Program-made: the position numbers and the translations under genes
NCBI GenBank assembly: GCA_963764165.1
Contig: CAVXRD010000002.1
Coordinates: forward strand, 1,696,001 to 1,760,000
Source: an uncultured Verrucomicrobiae bacterium
Lineage (GTDB): Bacteria; Verrucomicrobiota; Verrucomicrobiia; Limisphaerales; Palsa-1400
Direction: 5' to 3'
Length of the DNA stretch: 64,000 nucleotides
The notes under the pieces: generated by a model
Told to the model about the DNA's origin: nothing
Seen by the model: only the letters and a program-made list of their open reading frames with translations
Database searches by the model: none
In this document: positions 38,998-47,833 of the stretch, piece after piece
How positions within the stretch are numbered: the first letter of the stretch is position 1
How the letters are laid out: each line of letters begins with the position of its first letter

Positions 38998-39858
38998 TCA
39001 TTTTTGATTGGCTTCAGGCGTTACTTTGTCGATGTTCGGCGTGACGTCCGCGTCCACCTGGCCGGTTGACCACTTCAATCCGCCGAGCAAAATCTGCTGA
39101 AACGTCGGATCCATCCAAACTTCAATGCGATGCCCCAAACTGGTGTAGAAGACGCGCCCTTTGCCGTACATTTGAGCCCAAGTGGAGGGATAATTTGGGC
39201 GGTTATATGGCCCAATTTTTCCCATCTTCGCAGTGTCGTGATAAAGCAAAACGTGGAGATTTGGCGAAAAATTCTTCATCGAATACCACTCTTCCTCCGG
39301 GCCGTAATCATCCGCGACAGAACTGAGGCCGGGAAAATTGCGATCAGCCACCACCAAATGCCCCGGCACCCAGTGCTCGTAGTGCGTTACGAACTCGCCG
39401 CCGATCATTTGAATGAATGGATCGACCGTGTTGCCCTTGCTGTGAAACGTGTCTGTTGCGCTGTGAATGCCAACAAATCCCTTGCCGCCGCGAATTGCCG
39501 CGAGAAAAGCCTCTTTGCCGCCTTTGGGCATCGGCGGGTCATGGTGTTCGCCGAGTTCTGTCAAATCACCAGTCGTGTAAAAACAGAACGCATCGAAACT
39601 GGCGATTTTTTCCGGCGTAAAAATCGAACCGTCCTTCGTGAAGGTGAACCGCAAATTATTTGGAGGCCCCAATTCAGCCAGGATGCGCTCGGCCTGGCTT
39701 GGCCCGCCATTTTCGGAGCGAATCATGTCGTGCTGATAGCCGGACGATTTGGAGAAAAAGAGAATTTTCTTTGGAGTATCGCCGGCGCGCGCCCGCGGGC
39801 AAATGATCACCGCCGCGGCAAAGACAGCGGAGCAAACGAAGCAGAGGAAGTTTTTCAT
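38998..39858 (-). CDS. ThuA-like domain protein (secreted)
   Basis: Signal peptide; FSKSSGYQH, GFVGIHSATD, EEWY, GRVFYTSLGH. Confidence 0.88.
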   Translation of the reverse strand: MKNFLCFVCSAVFAAAVIICPRARAGDTPKKILFFSKSSGYQHDMIRSENGGPSQAERILAELGPPNNLRFTFTKDGSIFTPEKIASFDAFCFYTTGDLTELGEHHDPPMPKGGKEAFLAAIRGGKGFVGIHSATDTFHSKGNTVDPFIQMIGGEFVTHYEHWVPGHLVVADRNFPGLSSVADDYGPEEEWYSMKNFSPNLHVLLYHDTAKMGKIGPYNRPNYPSTWAQMYGKGRVFYTSLGHRIEVWMDPTFQQILLGGLKWSTGQVDADVTPNIDKVTPEANQK

Positions 39859-39942
39859 TGGATCATCATTTTCTCCATCCAGTTAACCCGCTGCCACTCG
39901 CATTTGCCAACAAAAAGGCAGGAATGCATCGGCGCCTTCCCA

Positions 39943-39978
39943 ATACGTCTTATAAGTCCTATAGGTACTATAAGTCCC
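39943..39978. repeat. 9-bp tandem repeat x4 (family D)
   Basis: atacgtctt/ataagtcct/ataggtact/ataagtccc. Confidence 0.75.
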
Positions 39979-40047
39979 ATTCCCACTGGCCGGAAACCCT
40001 CGCATTTTGTGCTCGATTTCCCGCCCGGTTTGCGCCAGCCATTTCTG

Positions 40048-42936
40048 GTGAACACTATTCGAGGAACTCGTGCCGTGCTTTCCCTTGCGGCGATTTTATT
40101 CATCACCATTGCGCCCGCGCGCGCGGCGGATTCGCCGCCCCGCGAGAAACTGCTGCTGGATTTTGGGTGGAAATTTCACCTTGGCGATGACTGGGGCAAG
40201 AGCGAACGCCTCGACAAGGCGGGCGTGAATCCCGGCCCGGCTGGGCGCTCGTTTAACGACGCCCGGTGGCGCACTGTCAACCTGCCGCACGACTGGGTTC
40301 CCGAGCTTCCATTCGACCAGCACGCTGCCACGGACCACGGTTTCAAACCTGTCGGGCCGGGCTTTCCCTCGAATAGCATCGCGTGGTACCGCCGGACATT
40401 TTCGCTGCCCGCCGAGGACAAGGGCCGCCGCCTGATGTTGGAATTCGACGGCGTTTATCGCAATGCGCGCATTTACGTGAATGGCTATTTCCTCGGCCAT
40501 CATGAGAGCGGCTACATGGGATTCCGCTATGACATCACCGATTTGGCGCGATTCGGCAGTGACAACACTATTTCCGTCCGGGTGGATGCTTCGCAATTTG
40601 AAGGATGGTTTTATGAGGGCGCGGGAATTTACCGGCACGTCTGGCTCACCAAGACCAGCCCGCTGCACGTCGCGCCGGACGGAACTTTTGTTTACAGCCA
40701 GTTTCCGAAGAACATTCCCGAGGGCGCCGCGCTGATTCACGTCGAGACCAGCCTGCAAAACGACCAGGACGCCGGCCAGTCCGCCGCCGTCGAATGCGAA
40801 ATTCTCGATCCTGCCGGAAAAGCCGTGGCCCATTTTCAACAATCAGTGCCGGTCGAAGCGTGTTCCACTAAGACCCTGACGCAACTCGCGCCCGTCCAAT
40901 CCCCCGCGCTCTGGTCGCCTGAAACTCCGAACCTCTACAAGCTTATCACCAAGGTTTCGGTTGACAGTAAGGAAGTGGATCGCACGGAAACAGAATTCGG
41001 CATTCGCACCCTGGAATTCGATGCCAATCGCGGCTTTCTCTTGAACGGAAAATTCTGCGAGATCAAAGGCACCTGCAATCACCAGGACCACGCTGGCGTC
41101 GGATCCGCGCTGCCGGATCGATTGCAATTTTTCCGTGTGAGCCGGTTGAAGGATATGGGTGATAATGGCATCCGCACCTCGCACAACGCGCCGACGCCGG
41201 AGCTGCTGGACGCGTGCGACCATCTCGGCATGATGGTCATGGACGAAAATCGCCTGCTCGGCAGCGACGCGCAAAATTTGGATTACCTCGCCGCGCAAAT
41301 CCGGCGCGACCGCAATCATCCGAGCGTCATCATTTGGTCGCTTTTCAATGAGGAAGACACGCAAACCAGCCCCACCGCGCGAAACATCGCCGCCACCATG
41401 CAGAGGGTCGTCCATGAGTTGGACCCGACGCGCCTCTGCACCGCGGCTGGAAATGTCGGCAATGTTTATCAGGGCGTGAACAGCGTCCTGGACGTGCGCG
41501 GCTGGAATTATTATCCGGACTCCGTCGATGGCTACCATCGCGACCATCCGAACCAGCCGGAAATCGGCACCGAGCAGGCCAGCGCCCTGAGCACGCGCGG
41601 CATTTACGCCAACGACAAAACGCGCGGCTACATGAGCGCCTATGACACCAACGCGCCGCCGTGGGCCACCACCTCCGAGCATTGGTGGAAGATTTTTGCG
41701 GCGCGCCCGTGGCTCTCAGGCGGATTCGTATGGACGGGTTTCGACTATCGCGGCGAGCCGACGCCTTACACCTGGCCGTGCATCAATTCGCATTTCGGAG
41801 TGCTGGACACCTGCGGATTCGCCAAGGATAATTTCTACTATTATCAGGCGTGGTGGAGCGACCGCGTCGTGCTCCATATCTTGCCGCATTGGAATTGGGC
41901 TGGCAAGGAAGGGCAGGATATTGACGTGCGCTGCTACAGCAATTGCGAGGAGGTTGAAATGTTCCTGAACGGCCAGAGCCTTGGCCGCCAGACGATGTCC
42001 ACCAATTCGCACCTCAAATGGAATGTCAAATACACGCCCGGAACGCTGCTGGCGAAGGGATACAAGAATGGCCAGGTCGTCGCGGAGGACAAAGTCGAAA
42101 CCACCGGGGCTCCCGTCGCTGTCAAATTAACCGCGGACCGCACAACGATCGACGCAAACGGCGAAGACCTCTCCATTATCACGGTCGCAGTGACGGACGC
42201 CGAAGGCCGGATAGTGCCGCTGGCCAGCAATGAAATTCAATTCACGCTGCAAGGAAACCTCAAAGATCCAGCCATCTCGCCCGGAAAAATCCTCGGCGTC
42301 GGCAATGGCGACCCGAGCTGCCACGAGCCGGATGTGTATGTCCCGAGTCAGCCGAGCCATTCAGTGGGATTGCACGACTGGCGCTACAAACGCGGGCCGC
42401 ATTCCGAAGCCATGAAGGAAACCACCGAGAATTTCGATATCGGCGATTGGGTTTCGGTGGACACCAGCCGCGAGACCGGCCCTCTAAGTCCGAATACGGA
42501 CGCTGTGTTCCGCACCACGTTCGATGCCACTCCCGCGATGTTGAGCGCAACGGGCGTCAATCTGAATTTCGGCATGATCGATGACGAGGGACTGGTTTAT
42601 GTCAACGGCCACAAGGTCGGCGAATCGCACAATTGGGAGGAGCAGCCATCTTTTGCGGTCGGAAAATATCTGCACGAAGGTGTCAATACTATCGCCGTCA
42701 GCGTGCAAAATCACGAGGGCTCAGGCGGCGTCAACAAAGGCGTCTCGCTGGAAATCCTGGACCCGCCTAGGCCAACGGTGTGGAAGCGCAGCGTCTTCAA
42801 CGGCCTTGCCCAAGTTATTGTGCAATCCAGCAAGGTGCCGGGATTATTGTCACTCAACGCGACTTCGGATGGGCTGAAAACGGGGGGGCTGCTAATTACA
42901 GCAGCCAGTGCGACACCACGCCCAAGCGCGCCATGA
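40048..42936 (+). CDS. GH2 beta-galactosidase-like glycoside hydrolase
   Basis: LPHDW, FDGVY, EGAGIYR, GTCNHQD, IRTSHN, RNHPS..WSLFNEE, WTGFDYRGEP; probable GTG start at 40048 followed by a signal peptide. Confidence 0.92.
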   Translation: MNTIRGTRAVLSLAAILFITIAPARAADSPPREKLLLDFGWKFHLGDDWGKSERLDKAGVNPGPAGRSFNDARWRTVNLPHDWVPELPFDQHAATDHGFKPVGPGFPSNSIAWYRRTFSLPAEDKGRRLMLEFDGVYRNARIYVNGYFLGHHESGYMGFRYDITDLARFGSDNTISVRVDASQFEGWFYEGAGIYRHVWLTKTSPLHVAPDGTFVYSQFPKNIPEGAALIHVETSLQNDQDAGQSAAVECEILDPAGKAVAHFQQSVPVEACSTKTLTQLAPVQSPALWSPETPNLYKLITKVSVDSKEVDRTETEFGIRTLEFDANRGFLLNGKFCEIKGTCNHQDHAGVGSALPDRLQFFRVSRLKDMGDNGIRTSHNAPTPELLDACDHLGMMVMDENRLLGSDAQNLDYLAAQIRRDRNHPSVIIWSLFNEEDTQTSPTARNIAATMQRVVHELDPTRLCTAAGNVGNVYQGVNSVLDVRGWNYYPDSVDGYHRDHPNQPEIGTEQASALSTRGIYANDKTRGYMSAYDTNAPPWATTSEHWWKIFAARPWLSGGFVWTGFDYRGEPTPYTWPCINSHFGVLDTCGFAKDNFYYYQAWWSDRVVLHILPHWNWAGKEGQDIDVRCYSNCEEVEMFLNGQSLGRQTMSTNSHLKWNVKYTPGTLLAKGYKNGQVVAEDKVETTGAPVAVKLTADRTTIDANGEDLSIITVAVTDAEGRIVPLASNEIQFTLQGNLKDPAISPGKILGVGNGDPSCHEPDVYVPSQPSHSVGLHDWRYKRGPHSEAMKETTENFDIGDWVSVDTSRETGPLSPNTDAVFRTTFDATPAMLSATGVNLNFGMIDDEGLVYVNGHKVGESHNWEEQPSFAVGKYLHEGVNTIAVSVQNHEGSGGVNKGVSLEILDPPRPTVWKRSVFNGLAQVIVQSSKVPGLLSLNATSDGLKTGGLLITAASATPRPSAP

Positions 42937-42939
42937 GTT

Positions 42940-43042
42940 AAAGGTAGGGACGCCTCGCCGAGGCGTCCGGTTGCGCGTGAATAATGCAAGGGGTCCTCGC
43001 ATAAAGAGCGCCTCACCCCGGACGCCTCGGCGAGGCGTCCCT
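42940..43042. repeat. REP family A doublet whose right arm is interrupted by the IS110 element
   Basis: Left arm aaaggtagggacgcctcgccgaggcgtcc; the right arm stops at gcgtccCT and resumes as accttta at 44480. Confidence 0.92.
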
Positions 43043-43053
43043 GCTATGAATAT

Positions 43054-43059
43054 TGTCAA
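43054..43059 (-). promoter_or_regulatory. Outward-facing -35 hexamer TTGACA (putative circle-junction promoter half)
   Basis: Perfect TTGACA 11 nt inside the IS right end; the junction -10 (catggg at 17 nt spacing) is a poor match. Confidence 0.5.
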
Positions 43060-43119
43060 GTGACTAAACGGGTTCTACGTCATTTTCTTTTTTTGTTTAA
43101 ATGTTTTGATCTTATTTCG

Positions 43120-43310
43120 GAGCGTTTCCTCTTCTGGGTTCGACGGAATGCTTCCGTCGTCCAACCTGCTATCCGCACTTGTTTTTCACAGTGCCATATG
43201 ACGTTTTCGTGTCGGAAGAGGAACGAGCGCGCCCAATCTACCTTTCGGGTTCAGTTCAACTGACCCAAGGGACGGGCGGGCGCGCGCCGTTCCAAAATCT
43301 AATTTTGGGT
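43120..43310 (-). ncRNA. Bridge RNA / seekRNA of the IS110 element (ends approximate)
   Basis: 5' hairpin 43292-43308; target loop 43227-43285 with guides CGUCCCU and AAAGGUAG; donor loop 43123-43225 with AUAGCAG and GUCAUAU. Confidence 0.85.
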
Positions 43311-43350
43311 CTTCATTTTAAATGCTGTCTTTGGTCTTCCTTTCCCCGGC

Positions 43351-44430
43351 TCAGGCCAGGTGCAGCACGGCGGCGGTGGCCCGCCCGGTTTCCATCCGCC
43401 AAATGTCGATGGCCAGCTTGCGCGCGATGGCCACGATGGCTTTCTTGCGCGCGCCCCGGTTTTGGGTTTGGCCCAGCACCTCCCGCCATCGCACCACCGG
43501 CCCGTAGCTGGGCTGGTAGCGAATGACTCGCCATGCCAGTTCAATCAGCAGCCGCCGCAATCGGGGATTGCCGTGCTTGGTGATGGAGCCCGAGATGCTG
43601 TGGCTGCCGCTGGCCTGCACTCCCGGACACAGGCCCGTCAAGCTGGCGACCTGGCGGCGATTGGCGAACCGGTTCCAGTCGAAGACTTCGCGGCGCAGCG
43701 TTTCGCTGGTCAGCAGTCCGACTCCTTTGGGCTGGGGCTTGGCCTGGCTTTGGATCTTGATGGTCACTTCTTGCAGCAGCTTGTCGGCGCCGGCTGCCAG
43801 CGCGCGCAGGATTTCCAAAATGGAGGACAGCCAGGCGGGCAGTTTGGCTTTGTGCTTCACCCATGCCCCCTCCTTCCACCATTGCCCGCTGACCCGGTGG
43901 CCATTGTAAAGCAAGAGGCTGCGTCCTTGGGCCTCATGGGTTTGCCGGTCCTTTTGCAGCTGCTCGCGCAGGCGGGTTTGGGCCCGGACTTGTTCCTGCT
44001 CGGGGGTGGGCACGGTGATGACGGCCAGGGCCTTGCGGTTGCCCTGCACATAGCGGTCCAGCCGCTGAACCATGGCCAGGGCGTCGGTCTTGTCAGTCTT
44101 TACCCCGCGGCCCAACTCATCCCAGTTCTGGGGGCGGACAACGATGTTCTTGACGCCCATTTTCAGCAGCGCTCGATGCAGGGCGTAACCGAAGGCCCCG
44201 GCTTCGTAGCAACTATGCACTTCCCCGGCCAGAGTCAGTTGCTTGGCGGCGAACTTCAGGAAGTCCTCCGGTGTCATTTTCTGGGCCGGCTGAGGCGTGG
44301 CGTCATCGATCTGGCGCACGACTCGGTAACTGTCCGCGTGCACATCCACGCCCAGTTTTATCCGGGTGTATTTGCACGGTGTTTGTGTTTTATTGTTCGC
44401 GTGGGTATTGGTAACGGTGTTCTTTTTCAT
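43351..44430 (-). CDS. IS110-family DEDD recombinase/transposase
   Basis: LGVDVH, YEAG, KTDKTDA (DEDD); GLCPGVQASG (catalytic Ser loop); KHGNPRLRRLL; AIVAIARKL. Confidence 0.95.
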   Translation of the reverse strand: MKKNTVTNTHANNKTQTPCKYTRIKLGVDVHADSYRVVRQIDDATPQPAQKMTPEDFLKFAAKQLTLAGEVHSCYEAGAFGYALHRALLKMGVKNIVVRPQNWDELGRGVKTDKTDALAMVQRLDRYVQGNRKALAVITVPTPEQEQVRAQTRLREQLQKDRQTHEAQGRSLLLYNGHRVSGQWWKEGAWVKHKAKLPAWLSSILEILRALAAGADKLLQEVTIKIQSQAKPQPKGVGLLTSETLRREVFDWNRFANRRQVASLTGLCPGVQASGSHSISGSITKHGNPRLRRLLIELAWRVIRYQPSYGPVVRWREVLGQTQNRGARKKAIVAIARKLAIDIWRMETGRATAAVLHLA

Positions 44431-44491
44431 ACCTTGGTGTAGCACCCGTTGTGCTCACCTGCCAATACCCATGCCATCTACCTTTATCGCC

Positions 44492-45082
44492 CTAGTCCAG
44501 CACTCGGTAGTAGTAACTTGCCGCGCAAAAACCGCCGTCGGGGAATAACGCGAAATTCGGAACATCGCCCACCCGGACCCAGCCGAGTTTTTCGTAAAGC
44601 CGCGCGCCGTCGCTTCCCGTCACTGTGTCAAGTGTGAGCAGCGTCCGACCGCATTCGCGCGCGGTTTGCTCGGCCGCGCGCATCAGGGCCGCGCCCAATC
44701 CGCGCCGCCGCGCCCGGCGATGGACGAGCATTTTCATAATTTCGGCGCGGTGCTGCTGGTTCTCCGGGCTGGCCAGGCCAAGTTGCACTGTTCCACAAAT
44801 TCCCTGTTCGTCCTCAGCTACAAAAAGTATGCGCTCGCCGGACACGACGCCGCTCGCGACTTTTCGCCAAAAGTCGATGGCCCTTTCTCGTGAAACCGGG
44901 TTCATGAAATGCACGCTCGCGCCGCCCTGCACGCAGTCGACAAGAACGTCCGCCAACTGGAGAAGGTGGCGCTCCTCAACAGCATCCAATTTGCGCGGAA
45001 CCAATGAGCATGGAGACGCATCTGACACGACGGCGAGATACAACCATGCCGGCCTGCGCGTCAATTTCAAATCGACGCTCAT
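44492..45082 (-). CDS. GNAT acetyltransferase (start uncertain, possibly ~45028)
   Basis: GASVHF, HRAEIMKMLV, RRRGLG, LTLDT, LYEKLGW. Confidence 0.88.
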   Translation of the reverse strand: MSVDLKLTRRPAWLYLAVVSDASPCSLVPRKLDAVEERHLLQLADVLVDCVQGGASVHFMNPVSRERAIDFWRKVASGVVSGERILFVAEDEQGICGTVQLGLASPENQQHRAEIMKMLVHRRARRRGLGAALMRAAEQTARECGRTLLTLDTVTGSDGARLYEKLGWVRVGDVPNFALFPDGGFCAASYYYRVLD

Positions 45083-45100
45083 CCGGAATCACAAATATTA

Positions 45101-45189
45101 AACAGGAGGAAGACCGAGAGCGCAGAGAAAAATGCCCAATTCGCCAAACAATCATTTTTGGCCTCCGCGCCCTCGGTCTTTCTCCTGTT
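45101..45189. repeat. Imperfect 27-bp inverted repeat (family G)
   Basis: Arms 45101-45127 and 45163-45189 are complementary at 24/27. Confidence 0.75.
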
Positions 45190-45268
45190 CAAATTCTTAA
45201 TGGATGAACTTCGCTGCATTTATCGCATTGGCAAACGTCGCCTCGCAAGTTACAAAAAGGGGGCTTAA

Positions 45269-47827
45269 ATGAGCCAGACCGTCATCGAAACGGAGCCACC
45301 AATCTCTGCTGATTTGCTCGCGGATTATCCGCGCGGAGGAGGATTTGACGAGGCCTTTTCAACCGGCAAGGAATTGCTCCCCCACTATGCGCCGTTCATT
45401 GCGGCCGCGCAAAAACTGGGCGCGGCGGAATTGAAGCGGCGCCGCGAAACCTGCCGCCGCCTCCTGCACGAGCAAGGGATCACTTACAATATTTCCTCCG
45501 GCGCCAAGGAGCCGACGATGCAGCAGCCGTGGCAGCTTGATCCCGTTCCGCTGATCATCGCGCCGGACGAATGGCGCGCGCTGGAAGAGGCGCTGATCCA
45601 GCGGGCCACGCTTATCAATTCCGTGCTGGCCGATTGCTACGGGCCGCAGGAATTGATTCGCACCCGCCGCCTGCCGCCCGCGCTCGTTTTTGCCCAGCCG
45701 GATTTTCTGCGCCCCTGCCGCAACGTCCGCCCGCAGAATGATGCCTATCTCAATTTTTACGCGGCGGATTTGGGCCGCTCGCCTGATGGGCAATGGTGGG
45801 TCGTCTCGGACCGCACGCAAGTTCCCACCGGCGCCGGTTATGCCCTGGCGAATCGATTGGTGACCTCCCGTGCTTTGCCCGAGCCATTCCGAAGCTGTCA
45901 AGTGAATCGACTGGCGGGCTTCTTCCGCGACATGCAGATTTCGCTGGCCAGCCTCGCCCCGCGCCAATCGGATAATCCGCGCATCGTCTTCTTGACGCCC
46001 GGTCCTTACAGCGAGACGTATTGCGAGCAAAGCTATCTCGCGCGTTATCTCGGCTACATGCTCGTTGAGGGCCAGGATTTGACGGTGCGCGACGACAAGG
46101 TCTATCTGAAAACCCTGAGCGGCCTTGAGCAAGTCGATGTGATTTTTCGCCGGGTCGATGATGATTTTTGCGATCCGCTGGAATTGCGCAACGATTCCAT
46201 TCTCGGCGTGCCCGGATTGCTGGAAGCCTTGCGGGCGGGCAACGTCGCGGTGGCCAATTCGCTCGGGGCGGGCCTGCTGCAAAGTCCGGCGGTGATGGCC
46301 TTTTTGCCGGGGCTCTGCCAGCACCTGCTGGGAGAGGATTTGAAAATGCCCTCGGTGGCGACGTGGTGGTGCGGGCAGGAAGAGGCGCGAAAATACGTGC
46401 TGGAAAGCCTCGACCAGCTTCCCGTCCGTTCAGCCTTCCGGCTTGACGCTCCCGAGCGCGAGGGCCGATTGAAATTAAGCGCGGCCCAGCGCGAGGCGCT
46501 GAAGCGGCGCATCGAATTCCAGCCGCATCTTTTCGCCGCGCAAGAGGAATTGAAACTTTCGACTGCGCCGTCGTGGGTCTCGGGCGAAATTCTGCCGCGT
46601 CCCGTGTCCCTTCGCGTTTATTTGGTGGCCATCGGCGGCACTTACAAAATGATGGCCGGCGGCCTCACTCGCGTGGCGGCGGCGACGCAGTGGCACACGC
46701 TCTCGATGCATCACGGCGGCGTGAGCAAGGACACCTGGGTCTTGAGCCATCAACCCGTCGAAGCCGTCACGCTGCTTCACCCGGCCGAAGGAGCGATTGA
46801 ATTGCGGCGGGTGGGAAATAATTTGCCGTCGCGCCTGGCGGACAATTTCTTCTGGCTGGGCCGGTATGAGGAGCGGGCGGATGCGACGGCGCGTTTGCTG
46901 CGAAGCGCCTTCGCCCGGTTCGGCCCGGAAAATCTCGGCGGAGCGCAGCCGCAACTGTGGCCCATCTTGCAGGCGCTCAAATTGCCGCGCAGAACTAATG
47001 AACCCGAATCCGAAGCTGACGCGGAGGCGCCGCCACCCGTGACGGAATTGGATTTGTGGGCCTTGATTTTCGATCCCGGCATGCCCGGCAGCCTTCGCGA
47101 TACGGCGGCAAATTTGCAGCGCCTGGCCGTATTTCTGCGCGAGCGGACGTCCAACGATTTGTGGCAGGTGCTGAGCTCGCTGGCCGACCGGCTCGCCATG
47201 CCGGCGGGAACAATGGGTTCGCTGGCGGGGGATGCAGCCGGATTGCTGAGCCAGGTTCTCAGCAGCCTGGCGGCATTCCGCGGCCTGGCCCGCGAGAACA
47301 TGACACGCGCCCACGGCTGGCGTTTTCTTGACATGGGCCAGCGCATCGAGCGCGCGATTCATCTCTGCGCCTTTTTGGACCATGCTCTGGCTTCGCCCGA
47401 GGCGGACAATCCCAGCGTGCTCGAAGCGGTGCTGGAAGTGGCCGACAGTTCGATCACCTACCGCGGCCGCTACAATCTGCTGCCGAACATTGCGACGGTG
47501 TATGATTTAGTCTTGCTCGATGACACCAATCCGCGTTCGCTGTTGTTCCAATTGAACCAACTGGTCAAACATTTCGAGCGGCTGCCGGGCGAACGCGAGA
47601 GCGCGCTGCCCAGCGCGGGCAACCGCATTTTAATCGAATGTTTGACAGAAGTGCGCCTGCTGGACCCGCGCGATTTGAACAAGCTCAAGGGCGGCTGGCA
47701 GGAGAGCGCGGCCGGGCGCGTCATCCAGGATGTGCTGCGCCAGATGCCGCTGCTTTCGGATGCGATTGCGGCGAGTTATTTTGCGCACTCCGCGATTTCC
47801 CGCGCCGGCGGGAGCGACATGCGCTGA
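45269..47827 (+). CDS. Circularly permuted ATP-grasp + alpha-E fusion protein
   Basis: GITYN, LDPVP, FRRVDDDFCDPLEL, SKDTWV, then LPSRLADNFFWLGRYEERA, ENMTR..GWRF, NPRS. Confidence 0.92.
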   Translation: MSQTVIETEPPISADLLADYPRGGGFDEAFSTGKELLPHYAPFIAAAQKLGAAELKRRRETCRRLLHEQGITYNISSGAKEPTMQQPWQLDPVPLIIAPDEWRALEEALIQRATLINSVLADCYGPQELIRTRRLPPALVFAQPDFLRPCRNVRPQNDAYLNFYAADLGRSPDGQWWVVSDRTQVPTGAGYALANRLVTSRALPEPFRSCQVNRLAGFFRDMQISLASLAPRQSDNPRIVFLTPGPYSETYCEQSYLARYLGYMLVEGQDLTVRDDKVYLKTLSGLEQVDVIFRRVDDDFCDPLELRNDSILGVPGLLEALRAGNVAVANSLGAGLLQSPAVMAFLPGLCQHLLGEDLKMPSVATWWCGQEEARKYVLESLDQLPVRSAFRLDAPEREGRLKLSAAQREALKRRIEFQPHLFAAQEELKLSTAPSWVSGEILPRPVSLRVYLVAIGGTYKMMAGGLTRVAAATQWHTLSMHHGGVSKDTWVLSHQPVEAVTLLHPAEGAIELRRVGNNLPSRLADNFFWLGRYEERADATARLLRSAFARFGPENLGGAQPQLWPILQALKLPRRTNEPESEADAEAPPPVTELDLWALIFDPGMPGSLRDTAANLQRLAVFLRERTSNDLWQVLSSLADRLAMPAGTMGSLAGDAAGLLSQVLSSLAAFRGLARENMTRAHGWRFLDMGQRIERAIHLCAFLDHALASPEADNPSVLEAVLEVADSSITYRGRYNLLPNIATVYDLVLLDDTNPRSLLFQLNQLVKHFERLPGERESALPSAGNRILIECLTEVRLLDPRDLNKLKGGWQESAAGRVIQDVLRQMPLLSDAIAASYFAHSAISRAGGSDMR

Positions 47828-47833
47828 AGTGTT

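Larger units (their letters stand above)
43043..44479 (-). mobile_element. Complete IS110-family insertion sequence (IS1111 subgroup), 1,437 bp
   Basis: CT core at 43041-42 and 44478-79; removing the element restores the REP arm; subterminal imperfect IRs at 43046-43063 and 44455-44472 (14/18); long 3' non-coding end. Confidence 0.93.

Noticed and set aside
39130..40047. N-terminal 306 aa of the 1268-aa ORF as part of the GH2
   Set aside because: It overlaps the ThuA gene on the other strand and a tandem repeat; the signal peptide begins near 40048.
43060..43263. 67-aa plus-strand ORF in the IS right end
   Set aside because: It coincides with the structured RNA region on the opposite strand; no RBS or recognisable motifs.
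43360..44442. 360-aa ORF antisense to the transposase
   Set aside because: In-register shadow ORF with no recognisable domain.
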